Part shown: positions 18,004 to 26,799 of the stretch, in pieces | Position numbering within the stretch: position 1 is the stretch's first letter | Layout: the number at the start of each line of letters is the position of its first letter | Source: Patescibacteria group bacterium | Lineage (GTDB): Bacteria > Patescibacteriota > CPR2 > UBA1875 > JAMCYV01 | NCBI GenBank assembly: GCA_023473595.1 | Contig: JAMCYV010000022.1 | Location: forward strand, 1-48,748 | Direction of reading: 5' to 3' | Length of the DNA: 48,748 nt | Position numbers and translations under genes: made by a program | Notes under the pieces: generated by a model | Told to the model about the DNA's origin: nothing | Database searches by the model: none | Seen by the model: only the letters and a program-made list of their open reading frames with translations

Positions 18004-19873
18004 AAGACCAAAAGACTTAAAAAGTTTAAAAATAGAAGAGCTTAGTAAACTTGCGGAAGAAATTCGAGAAGAAATTCTAACTACCGTATCGAAAAGAGGA
18101 GGGCATCTGGCTTCAAATTTAGGAGCCGTCGAGCTTACCCTTGGCCTGCATTTAGCTCTTGATCTTCCTAAAGATAAAATTGTCTGGGATGTCGGGCATC
18201 AGTGTTATACGCATAAACTCTTAACCGGCCGCCAAGAAGAATTTTCAACACTTAGGAGCTACAAAGGGCTATGCGGTTTCCCAAGAAGGGAGGAAAGCAA
18301 GTATGACACTGCAAATACCGGCCATGCCAGTACATCCGTAAGCACTGCTCTGGGGCTTGCAAGGGCAAGAGACTTGAAAGGAGAAGACTTTACCATAGTC
18401 GCTGTTATAGGTGACGGTTCACTTACCGGTGGACTTGCTTATGAAGGATTAAATCAAGCTGGCCAGTCAAATACAAATATTATTATCGTTCTTAAAACAT
18501 TATTCATGTCGATTGGCAAGAATGTTGGCGCTTTAGCTGATTACTTGAATCGTTTGAGAAGCCACTCAAAAGTGAAAAAAGTAAGAAAAGAAGCCGAAGA
18601 GAGATTGTCTAAGATACCAACGCTTGGAGATTTCCTGGTTAACTTAGGGAAATCTGTTAATAAATCAATAAGAAAAATTGTTCTCCCAGGAAGGCTTTTT
18701 GAAGAATTAGGCTTTAGGTATTATGGCCCGATTGACGGCCACGATCCTTTGAGAATCGTGGAAGCAATTAGTTTCGCTCAAGATATGGGCGGCCCGGTCC
18801 TTATTCATGCTTTTACTGTAAAAGGCAAAGGCTATAAGCCGGCAGAAGACGATCCGACTTACTTTCACGGCATCTCCCCTTTTAATTTAACGCCTGAAAA
18901 AGTGGAAACAGTCGAAAAAAACGGCAAAAAAAGGCCCTCTTATACTGAAGTTTTTAGTGATATGATGCTGGAATTAAGCGAAAAAAATAAGGATATAGTG
19001 GCAATCACAGCTGCAATGGCGGATGGTACCGGGCTTAGCGATTTTGCTAAGAAATATCCGAACCGTTTCTTTGATGTAGGGATAGCTGAAGAACATGCGG
19101 TAACTTTTGCTGCCGGGTTAGCTTTAAACGGCTTAAAACCTGTGGTAGCCATTTATTCTACTTTCTTACAAAGGGCATATGATCAAATTATCCATGATGT
19201 TGCTTTAACCGGTCTTCCAGTTATATTTGTTTTAGACAGAGCTGGTCTGGTTGGCGAAGACGGACCAACCCATCATGGGCTTTTTGACCTTACATATTTA
19301 AAAAGCATTCCTGGAATGACTGTAATGGCGCCTTCGAACGAGCAGGAACTTAGGGATATGTTAGAAACGGCGATTACAATTAATGGTCCGGTAGCAATTC
19401 GCTTTCCAAGGGGAAAAGCTCCAGGCGTTCCAATTAAAAAAGCCAGTAAACTAAAGGTGCCGGAAGCGAAAATGCTGAAAAAGGGTAATGATGTACTTGT
19501 GTTGGCGGTTGGCCGAATGGTCGAAAACGCTCTTGAAATAGAATCTCTTTTGAAAGCCAAAAACATTAGTACTACTGTCGTCGACGTGAGATTTACGAAA
19601 CCTTTTGATGAAGAGCTTTTCTTAAAACTAATTCCGAAACATAAATTGGTAGTTACTTTGGAGGAGAATGGGATCGGAGGATTTGCAGACTCAATCTCTA
19701 AATTTATGCTTGAAAATAAGTTAGTTACTCCAACAATTTTTTGCCATATTCCCGATCGATTTATTACTCATGGAGCAGTAAAAGATTTAATGAAAGATGC
19801 CGGGATAGACCCTGAATCAGTAGCAGATAAGGTAATAAAAAAGTTAAAAGAAAATTTAGTTGCTATTAAGTAG
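17981..19873 (+). CDS. dxs: 1-deoxy-D-xylulose-5-phosphate synthase (NDN motif altered)
   Basis: GGHLASNLG, WDVGHQ, GHASTS, GDGSLTGG, GIAEEHAV, DRAG, GPTHHG. Confidence 0.92.
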   Translation: MSLLKKIKRPKDLKSLKIEELSKLAEEIREEILTTVSKRGGHLASNLGAVELTLGLHLALDLPKDKIVWDVGHQCYTHKLLTGRQEEFSTLRSYKGLCGFPRREESKYDTANTGHASTSVSTALGLARARDLKGEDFTIVAVIGDGSLTGGLAYEGLNQAGQSNTNIIIVLKTLFMSIGKNVGALADYLNRLRSHSKVKKVRKEAEERLSKIPTLGDFLVNLGKSVNKSIRKIVLPGRLFEELGFRYYGPIDGHDPLRIVEAISFAQDMGGPVLIHAFTVKGKGYKPAEDDPTYFHGISPFNLTPEKVETVEKNGKKRPSYTEVFSDMMLELSEKNKDIVAITAAMADGTGLSDFAKKYPNRFFDVGIAEEHAVTFAAGLALNGLKPVVAIYSTFLQRAYDQIIHDVALTGLPVIFVLDRAGLVGEDGPTHHGLFDLTYLKSIPGMTVMAPSNEQELRDMLETAITINGPVAIRFPRGKAPGVPIKKASKLKVPEAKMLKKGNDVLVLAVGRMVENALEIESLLKAKNISTTVVDVRFTKPFDEELFLKLIPKHKLVVTLEENGIGGFADSISKFMLENKLVTPTIFCHIPDRFITHGAVKDLMKDAGIDPESVADKVIKKLKENLVAIK

Positions 19874-19950
19874 TATTATCAAGCTAAATAGCTAGTATAG
19901 GCAAGAACCTTCAGCTTTTTTTAATAAAGCACTAATGCTACAATAAAAGT

Positions 19951-20835
19951 ATGAACAAAAGCGAGAGCTTATCAATAAATCGCTTATTTCAAGCTGTCTG
20001 GAATGAGTTTGTCTATGGCGGGCACCTAGTTTCTATCAGTAATTTTTCGATTGTCATCTGTACAATTGTCCTTTTACAAATCTCCTTCGATTTAGACGTC
20101 TTTAAAATTATTAGTCTTTCTTATTTAATTACTTTTTTTGTTTATAACTATAACCATATTTTTGAACTTGATCGAGATGCTATCTCAAATCCCGAAAGAA
20201 CTAAGCACTTATCGAATGCTCTGGAAATTTATAGAACCTTAATAATAATAGCCTTTTTACTTTTTATATATATAAGTGGAGTTACCAGCCTTAAAGCTTT
20301 AATTTATTTACTATTTATTGCGATAGTGGGTGTTTTTTATCCAAAGCATCTTACAAAAAAAATAACTGCTTTTAAAAATATTTATACAGCTTTTTTTTGG
20401 AGTACTATTGTTTTCTTGCCATTACTATTTTTAGATTTAGAATTAGGCCCCAATGTCTTTCTTTTCTTTGTTTTTGTTTTAATACGATCCATATTAAATG
20501 CTGTCTATTACGATATAAAAGATATTGACAGTGATAAACGAGAAGGACTAAAAACTCTCCCAGTTATTATTGGTAAAGAGGCAACAGTGAACTTTCTACA
20601 CATTCTTAACATCTTATCTTTCTGCCCCCTAATTATTGGTTTTTATTTTGGAGTTATTCCTCTCATTTTCTTAGTTGGATTAGTCCCAGTATTATTCTAC
20701 GCTCTTTTCTATCTCACGAGGGTAAATAAAGCAAGTGACTCTATTTTCAGAAACTTATCTTATGTAATGGTAGATGGAGAATATATTTTTTGGGCCCTTA
20801 GCTTGTTATCTATTAAATATCTATTTGGCGTATGA
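19951..20835 (+). CDS. UbiA family prenyltransferase
   Basis: Multi-TM; YNYNHIFELDRD...NPER and YDIKDIDSDKREGLKTLP acidic motifs. Confidence 0.88.
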   Translation: MNKSESLSINRLFQAVWNEFVYGGHLVSISNFSIVICTIVLLQISFDLDVFKIISLSYLITFFVYNYNHIFELDRDAISNPERTKHLSNALEIYRTLIIIAFLLFIYISGVTSLKALIYLLFIAIVGVFYPKHLTKKITAFKNIYTAFFWSTIVFLPLLFLDLELGPNVFLFFVFVLIRSILNAVYYDIKDIDSDKREGLKTLPVIIGKEATVNFLHILNILSFCPLIIGFYFGVIPLIFLVGLVPVLFYALFYLTRVNKASDSIFRNLSYVMVDGEYIFWALSLLSIKYLFGV

Positions 20836-23156
20836 GTTTAGATACTTTACAACTTTTTATATTAATTTTAATTAATATCCTAAGCGTTATTCTAGGGGCT
20901 TGGGTATTAAAAAGCTCAAGGAAAGATAAGCAAAATCAATGGTTTGTTGCGATGGATTTATTAATTATCCTCTGGACAAACTTTTCTTATATTGGATCTA
21001 TCGCTCGGAGTTATGGTATTTCCTTATTATTTTATAGGTTAAATGATTTTGTGGTCTCCCTATTCCTGTTTGTTTTCTATTATTTCTTTGTGAGTAAGTT
21101 TTTAAAAATAAAAAAAAATAGGTTATTGAATAGTATTATTCTCATCGGATCAACCTTCTTTGCTTTATTATCGGTTTTTTCTGATAAAATAATTGCCTCA
21201 GTAAAAATCTCTGACTGGGGTTCAGAAATTATTTTCGGTAAACTTAATGATTTTTTGAATGCCTTTGCAGTCTTTGTGGCAGCAGTGATTTTCTATTTTG
21301 GTATTGCAAGATATTCTAAACTACCAAATAAGGAAAAGCTTAGAGTAAGATATTTCTTTTTAGGTATAGCTTCTTTTATCCTAGCAAATGTGGTTTTTAA
21401 TGTTATATTTCCTGCTCTCTTCAATACCACTCGATATCAGCATTTTGGTGATTTCTCGTTTATCTTCTTTCTTGCCTTTACGGCCTATGCCATTGTGAAG
21501 CACAGGCTTATGGATATTCGTATGGTTGTGGCGAGATCGCTCGCTTATGCTATGCTTCTTGTCACTATTGCAGGAGGTTATGCAACGACTTTAGTTGGGG
21601 TTCAAAACTATTTCTTTGCTCAAAGAGAATTTTCGTGGGAACAAACTATATTTCAAATAATCTTGGCTGTAATTTTTGCATTTACATTTCAGCCACTCCG
21701 TCGTTTTTTCACTAAAATTACCGATAAAATCTTTTTCAAAAACGATTATAACTTCGAAGTGCTGCTTAAGAAATTGACTGATAATGCATTTTCCACTCTT
21801 ATCCTGATAGAACTTTTGTATAAGACCATTGACACTTTAATGAAGGAAATGAAGGTTTCGAGAGGATTTTTTGTTCTTTTGGATGAAGACGGCCAGATCC
21901 ACACTTCCCAGGCTATCGGTTATGCTAAGACCCCTGAATTCGAGCCAAGGGATATCAAGGGCTTTGCAAAGCACGAAATTATTGTTTTTGATGATCTTGA
22001 AGAAAGTTCTCATTTTAAGACTATGTTTAGAAGATATGACGCCAGCATTGCTATAGGGCTCTTGGATGACAATGATAAGCCTGTCGGAGCCCTTTTCCTT
22101 GGTGAAAAAAATTCCGGCGATATGTTCAATACTAAGGATATTCGGCTTTTTGAGATACTAGCACCGGAGATGGTTATCGCTATCCAAAGGGCAAAAGAGC
22201 ATGAAAAAGTACAGAATTTCAATGTTTACTTGCAAGCTGAAGTTAATAGGAAAACGAAAGAATTGCAGCAGGCAAACGAGCACTTAAGAGAGCTTGATAA
22301 AGCGAAAGATGAATTTATTTCTATGGCTTCTCATCAGCTAAGAACGCCTTTAACGGCTATTAAGGGCTATCTTTCGATGCTTCTGGAAGGCGACGCCGGC
22401 GAGATAAAAATGGCCCAATATGACTTTATTAATGAAGCTTTTGACGGCGCTAATAGGATGGTTGCTTTAATAAACGACCTTCTCAATGTTTCTAGGATGG
22501 ATACCGGCCGTTTCTTCCTAGAGCCTACCAAAGTCGACATGGAGAAACTCGTTGATGAAGAGATCAAACAGCTAAAGAATACGGCTGCCGAGAAAAAGCT
22601 CTATCTCAAATTTGAGAAGAAGAAGGCCAAAATTCCGCCGATTACTGCCGACGAGACAAAGATCAGGCAAGTTGTGATGAACTTTATCGACAATGCTATT
22701 TACTATACTCTTTCTGGCGGCATAACCGTGATCCTGGATGCTGATAAAAATAATTTAATCTATAAAGTAGCGGATACTGGAATCGGTGTTCCTGAAGGGG
22801 AGAGAAAAAATCTCTTCTCTAAGTTTTACAGAGCGGATAATGCCAGGAAGACGCGGCCGGATGGCACCGGGCTCGGAATTTATCTGGCCAAAAAAGTCAT
22901 CGAAGACCATGGCGGTGAGGTAATCTTTGAATCCAAGGAAGGCAAAGGTTCTACATTTGGCTTTAAGTTCCCCCTTAAAGCCAAGATTAAGAAAGAGCTG
23001 ACTATCCCGCCTCCCGATTTAGCAGCCAAAGCTAAGGCGGAGGCCGAGCAAGCAACAGCGCCGAGTGGAACTCCGAATGCGAGTGATAAACAAGAAAGCG
23101 CAGAATCATCTCAAAATCAAGAGGCCGAAGGGCAAATTAAAAGCGGAATATTCTAA
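20832..23156 (+). CDS. Membrane sensor histidine kinase (HisKA_7TM-like N-terminus, GAF-like, HisKA, HATPase)
   Basis: About 9 TM, AYAIVKHRLMDI, FQPLR, GEKNSGDMF; SHQLRTPL, NFIDNAIYY, DTGIG, GTGLG. Confidence 0.93.
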   Translation: MSLDTLQLFILILINILSVILGAWVLKSSRKDKQNQWFVAMDLLIILWTNFSYIGSIARSYGISLLFYRLNDFVVSLFLFVFYYFFVSKFLKIKKNRLLNSIILIGSTFFALLSVFSDKIIASVKISDWGSEIIFGKLNDFLNAFAVFVAAVIFYFGIARYSKLPNKEKLRVRYFFLGIASFILANVVFNVIFPALFNTTRYQHFGDFSFIFFLAFTAYAIVKHRLMDIRMVVARSLAYAMLLVTIAGGYATTLVGVQNYFFAQREFSWEQTIFQIILAVIFAFTFQPLRRFFTKITDKIFFKNDYNFEVLLKKLTDNAFSTLILIELLYKTIDTLMKEMKVSRGFFVLLDEDGQIHTSQAIGYAKTPEFEPRDIKGFAKHEIIVFDDLEESSHFKTMFRRYDASIAIGLLDDNDKPVGALFLGEKNSGDMFNTKDIRLFEILAPEMVIAIQRAKEHEKVQNFNVYLQAEVNRKTKELQQANEHLRELDKAKDEFISMASHQLRTPLTAIKGYLSMLLEGDAGEIKMAQYDFINEAFDGANRMVALINDLLNVSRMDTGRFFLEPTKVDMEKLVDEEIKQLKNTAAEKKLYLKFEKKKAKIPPITADETKIRQVVMNFIDNAIYYTLSGGITVILDADKNNLIYKVADTGIGVPEGERKNLFSKFYRADNARKTRPDGTGLGIYLAKKVIEDHGGEVIFESKEGKGSTFGFKFPLKAKIKKELTIPPPDLAAKAKAEAEQATAPSGTPNASDKQESAESSQNQEAEGQIKSGIF

Positions 23157-23208
23157 TTACGTTATCAATTTGTTATACTAAAAGCATAAGAGGGTAGGAA
23201 GGAGAAAA

Positions 23209-23766
23209 ATGGCAAAATTATATAATGAATCGGAGGGAGGATACAGACCTGAAAGGTTTAAAGATACAACGTTAAGACCGGGTGAATTTAAAGATGCGGT
23301 TGATTTTTTTCCAGGAGGAAAACCAGAAAAACCGACAACTAAAACCCAATTTGAGACAGGTGGTGAAAACTTACTTGATCGGGTTTATACAACCGTTCAT
23401 GAATTTTTTACTGTTAAAGGAAGTCCGGATAGAAGGAAGGAAATATACCGCAGGAGAACTCTTGCTGCTTTTTTAGCTGGAGCCGCTATATTGGCAGGAA
23501 CTCAATATTCTTCAAGGGGAGAAAAGCCGGTTGGAGATGGAAACCCTAATCCGGAAGCGCCATCTACTCCAGTCAAACAGCCTGAGAGAGGAACGATTGT
23601 TGACTCCCAGGGGCAGGCTAAAGAAATTGAATTTGACACTACAGCAGCTGAAGAGCAGAAAAAGACAATGATAGAAGCCCAAAAGATTACGCCGGATTTT
23701 GCAGAAGATTTAGACCGCGAACCATTACCCGATGGCCGATATAAAGTGGAGGGAAATCAAAAATGA
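23209..23766 (+). CDS. Hypothetical protein with central hydrophobic segment
   Basis: GGAG SD; RRRTLAAFLAGAAILAG; ATGA overlap with the next gene. Confidence 0.65.
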   Translation: MAKLYNESEGGYRPERFKDTTLRPGEFKDAVDFFPGGKPEKPTTKTQFETGGENLLDRVYTTVHEFFTVKGSPDRRKEIYRRRTLAAFLAGAAILAGTQYSSRGEKPVGDGNPNPEAPSTPVKQPERGTIVDSQGQAKEIEFDTTAAEEQKKTMIEAQKITPDFAEDLDREPLPDGRYKVEGNQK

Positions 23767-23993
23767 CTACAGAAGAAAAAGCTGAAAGAATAGCCGATCT
23801 TCTTCTTAGGGTAGAGATGCCGGAAGAAGAGATGAAAAACTGGCTTCAAGTTATTCCTAAGATGAATAAAGACCAGCTTAATGAGTTTATCGACGTTTTT
23901 GAAACGGAGCTAAGGGAACTTGAACTCTTGAGGGCTGATACAAGAGATAAATTGAAAGGTCAAATCCTAGAACTGATAAAGAATAATGCTTAG
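23763..23993 (+). CDS. Small helical hypothetical protein
   Basis: 76 aa, coupled to the upstream gene, followed by a terminator. Confidence 0.65.
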   Translation: MTTEEKAERIADLLLRVEMPEEEMKNWLQVIPKMNKDQLNEFIDVFETELRELELLRADTRDKLKGQILELIKNNA

Positions 23994-24020
23994 AAAAAGC
24001 GCCTTTTCGGCGCTTTTTCT
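23992..24020. terminator. Bidirectional intrinsic terminator
   Basis: AGAAAAAGCGCC-TTTTC-GGCGCTTTTTCT between convergent genes. Confidence 0.9.
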
Positions 24021-25604
24021 TTAAAGAGTCCCAATAAGTTTCCAGGGGGTTGCTTTTTCTATCTTTATTTCTTGAAAAGTCCCAATTAAACCTTTTTTTC
24101 TCGTTTGAATTTCGACTACTTTATTTTGAAGCGAGCGGCCATAAAATTTACCACCTTTTTGGCCGTCTATAAGGACTTTTACCGTTTTCCTAACAAATTT
24201 TTGGTTATTTTCTAAAGCAGTTTTGCTTAAGATTTTATTTAAAACTTCTTCTCGTTTCTTCTTTTCCTCTTTTGAAACATTATCTTTTAGTTTTGCAGCT
24301 ATAGTCTCTTGCCGAGGAGAATACTGGGAGATATAAGCCATATCAAAGCCAGCTTTTTCAAAAACAGCAACTGTTTCTTCAAAACCCATCTCTGTTTCAC
24401 CTGGAAAGCCTACAATTACATCGGTGGTAATAGCACATTCAGGAATTTCTTTTCTTATCTTTTTGACTAAATTCAGGAATTTAGCCTTGGTATAGTTTCT
24501 ATTCATTGCTTTTAAGATTTTATTGCTTCCCGATTGGAGAGGCAGGTGAATAGCCGGAGTCGCTTTCTTAAGCTTCCCGAGGGTTTTTATTAAATTTTCA
24601 GTCATATCTTTCGGGTGATTCGAGATGAACCTCGCCCAAAAATCGCCCGGAATTTTATCAATCTCTTTTAAGAGTTGCAGGAAAGGTTCTTCTTTCCTTG
24701 TATCGTTATTTTGGCTTGTCCAGAATCTTGAATCGGTATTTGGAACGTTTTGATTCTGGTCTCCCTGGGTCGCCAGAATGACAGTTCTTGTTTGTTTACT
24801 GTTTACTATTTGCTGTTTGCTGTTTGCTTTTCCATAACTATTGACATTTTGCCCTAAGAGAATTATCTCTTTGTAACCTTTGCCCACTAATTCTTTGATT
24901 TCCTCGATTATTTCTTTAAAAGGCCGGGAAACCTCGCGGCCTCTTACGTAGGGGACAGCGCAATAAGAGCAGAAGTTGTTGCAGCCGTTAGAAATCGGGA
25001 CTAAAGCTCGAAAAGTGCTGGAGTGTTTGGGATTAATGGACAAGTAATTAAAGTATTCATTATTTGTCATTCTAGCTTGCCTGTCCGGCCGTATCCCGAT
25101 CTTGTATCGGGAGAAGGAGGGTCCAGAATCTTCTAGTTTGTCATCCTCGGGCTTGATGTCTATTAAAATGTCATCCCTGGCTTGACCAGGGATCTTTAAG
25201 ATTCCTGCCTCCGCAGGAATGACAGGTATGGGGATTTTTACTAATTTCTTATCGCTTATCGCTTTCAAGAGTTCTGGTAAGTTCTGCAAATCTTTTATTT
25301 CAAAAATAAGATCAAAAACACTCATTAACTTAGTCTTGTCTTTGGGAAGAATGCAGCCTGAAATAATTAAAAGCGGTTTCTTTTTTAAACTTTTCCAGAT
25401 TTTTGCTTTGCCATAAATCCGGTCAACCGCCGTTTGGCGGACAGAGCAAGCGAGAGCAATAATAAGGTCAGCTTCTTTTTCGTCATTTGTAAAAGAGTAG
25501 TCGGCATCTTCTAAAACTCTTGCCGCCCTTTCGGCATCGGAGTAATTCTGGGCGCAGCCGATTATGAAAATATAGTATTTTTTAGTTAATAATGATTTTG
25601 CCAT
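24021..25604 (-). CDS. miaB: tRNA methylthiotransferase MiaB with two in-frame repeat insertions
   Basis: GCAQN..D, CSVRQTA, GC, CNNFCSYCAVP, LGQNVNSY, QSGS, DVIVGFPGET, YSPR, TRAM-like C-terminus. Confidence 0.9.
   Translation of the reverse strand: MAKSLLTKKYYIFIIGCAQNYSDAERAARVLEDADYSFTNDEKEADLIIALACSVRQTAVDRIYGKAKIWKSLKKKPLLIISGCILPKDKTKLMSVFDLIFEIKDLQNLPELLKAISDKKLVKIPIPVIPAEAGILKIPGQARDDILIDIKPEDDKLEDSGPSFSRYKIGIRPDRQARMTNNEYFNYLSINPKHSSTFRALVPISNGCNNFCSYCAVPYVRGREVSRPFKEIIEEIKELVGKGYKEIILLGQNVNSYGKANSKQQIVNSKQTRTVILATQGDQNQNVPNTDSRFWTSQNNDTRKEEPFLQLLKEIDKIPGDFWARFISNHPKDMTENLIKTLGKLKKATPAIHLPLQSGSNKILKAMNRNYTKAKFLNLVKKIRKEIPECAITTDVIVGFPGETEMGFEETVAVFEKAGFDMAYISQYSPRQETIAAKLKDNVSKEEKKKREEVLNKILSKTALENNQKFVRKTVKVLIDGQKGGKFYGRSLQNKVVEIQTRKKGLIGTFQEIKIEKATPWKLIGTL
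24704..24827. repeat. Palindromic repeat pair plus 5x heptamer inside miaB
   Basis: CGTTATTTTGGCTTGTCCAGAATC (24704-24727); GATTCTGG...CCAGAATGACA (24752-24783); TGTTTAC/TGTTTGC-type x5 (24793-24827). Confidence 0.8.
25065..25224. repeat. Nested palindromic repeat cluster inside miaB
   Basis: Three TGTCAT-initiated units; 25139-25156 is the exact reverse complement of 8242-8259; translates to VIPAEAGI...IPGQARDD...IKPEDD...QARMT. Confidence 0.9.
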
Positions 25605-25866
25605 TTATCACTTTTACTCCTTCTTTTTCTAGAAGCTCTTTTTGTTTTTTAATCCCTCCTTTGCCGAAGTTTGACGCCAATTTGCCACACTTTGCGACAA
25701 TTCTATGGCAAGGGACGCTAGGCGGAGCATTATGGAGAGCATTGCCAACGGCTCGAAAAGCCTTTGGGCTTCCGGCAAGTTCAGCTACTTCCAGGTAAGA
25801 TAATGTTTTACCAGGAGGAATTTTCCGCACAATGTCGTAAACAACTTGAGAAAACTTTTGAACCAC
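25582..25866 (-). CDS. MGMT family DNA alkyltransferase (C-terminal domain only)
   Basis: IPPGKTLSY, RAVGNAL, PCHRIV, LLEKEG. Confidence 0.9.
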   Translation of the reverse strand: MVQKFSQVVYDIVRKIPPGKTLSYLEVAELAGSPKAFRAVGNALHNAPPSVPCHRIVAKCGKLASNFGKGGIKKQKELLEKEGVKVINGKIIIN

Positions 25867-25899
25867 AAGTTAAAAGTTTAATTTCTTAACTAAAAAATC

Positions 25900-26799
25900 T
25901 TAGCACTTTTTACTTAAACTTTGAAGCATATACGAGGCAGCACCGATTAAAGAGATGTCATCGCTAAACTTCGTAAATGCTATTTCTGGCAAATTTTTAA
26001 TACCGGAAATTTCAGACAAAATTTCTTCTTGATTATTTAAGGCTACCGAGCCGCCAAAAACGATTTTTTCCGGGTGGTATTTCTTTATTATCATTTCAAG
26101 TGCTTTTTTGTTTATGCTCCCAAAACCTTCGCTTAAAAAACGTTTGCATACCATATCGCCCTTTTTTGCTGTTTCAAATATTTCCTTTGCATTTTTAAAA
26201 GGTTTTGATGGCAAATTGCTTGCCCTTGTCCAAACTTTATAAAAATTGACTAAATTTTTTCCTGATGAATAAGCTTCCCAATGATCTCTACCACCGCAAC
26301 CGCAGTTTACACCATAATTAAAATTCAAGGTTATATGGCCGATTTCTTGCTGAACGTTATTAAATGGCACTGGTTTTCCGTCTTTAATAGCCGCGCCTCC
26401 AATTCCACTTGAAATAGTAATATAAACTATGTTTTTAGATTGCTTTTTAAAATTCTCGGCATAAAGAGCAGCCATAGTATCGTTTAGTACTATTATTTGG
26501 GAAGCTAAATCAGCTACATTGCTTGCTCCAAGTTCTGGATTATCCTTAATATTAGTGAATTTAACGCTGTTTTTAATCGCATCAAATGGTCCGGCCAAGC
26601 TAAGGGCTATGCCTAAAATTTGATTTTGACCTATAAAATCTTTCAATTCTTCCCTTATGGTCTGTACAAAATTAGTTCTTGGGGTTAAAACTTTTTTCTT
26701 TTCGATCATTTCTAAATTAAGCGTGAAAAGAGCCATTCGGAAGTTTGTTGCGCCAATATCAGCGGCTAATATTAGATTATTTTGCGCTTTTGACTGCAT
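25900..26799 (-). CDS. ROK family sugar kinase
   Basis: DIGAT, LND, SSGIGG, EIGH, CGCGGRDHWE, FGGSV. Confidence 0.9.
   Translation of the reverse strand: MQSKAQNNLILAADIGATNFRMALFTLNLEMIEKKKVLTPRTNFVQTIREELKDFIGQNQILGIALSLAGPFDAIKNSVKFTNIKDNPELGASNVADLASQIIVLNDTMAALYAENFKKQSKNIVYITISSGIGGAAIKDGKPVPFNNVQQEIGHITLNFNYGVNCGCGGRDHWEAYSSGKNLVNFYKVWTRASNLPSKPFKNAKEIFETAKKGDMVCKRFLSEGFGSINKKALEMIIKKYHPEKIVFGGSVALNNQEEILSEISGIKNLPEIAFTKFSDDISLIGAASYMLQSLSKKC

Noticed and set aside
16445-20835. Complete archaeal ether-lipid or complete MEP pathway
   Set aside because: No GGGP synthase, G1P dehydrogenase, dxr or ispD-H genes in the window
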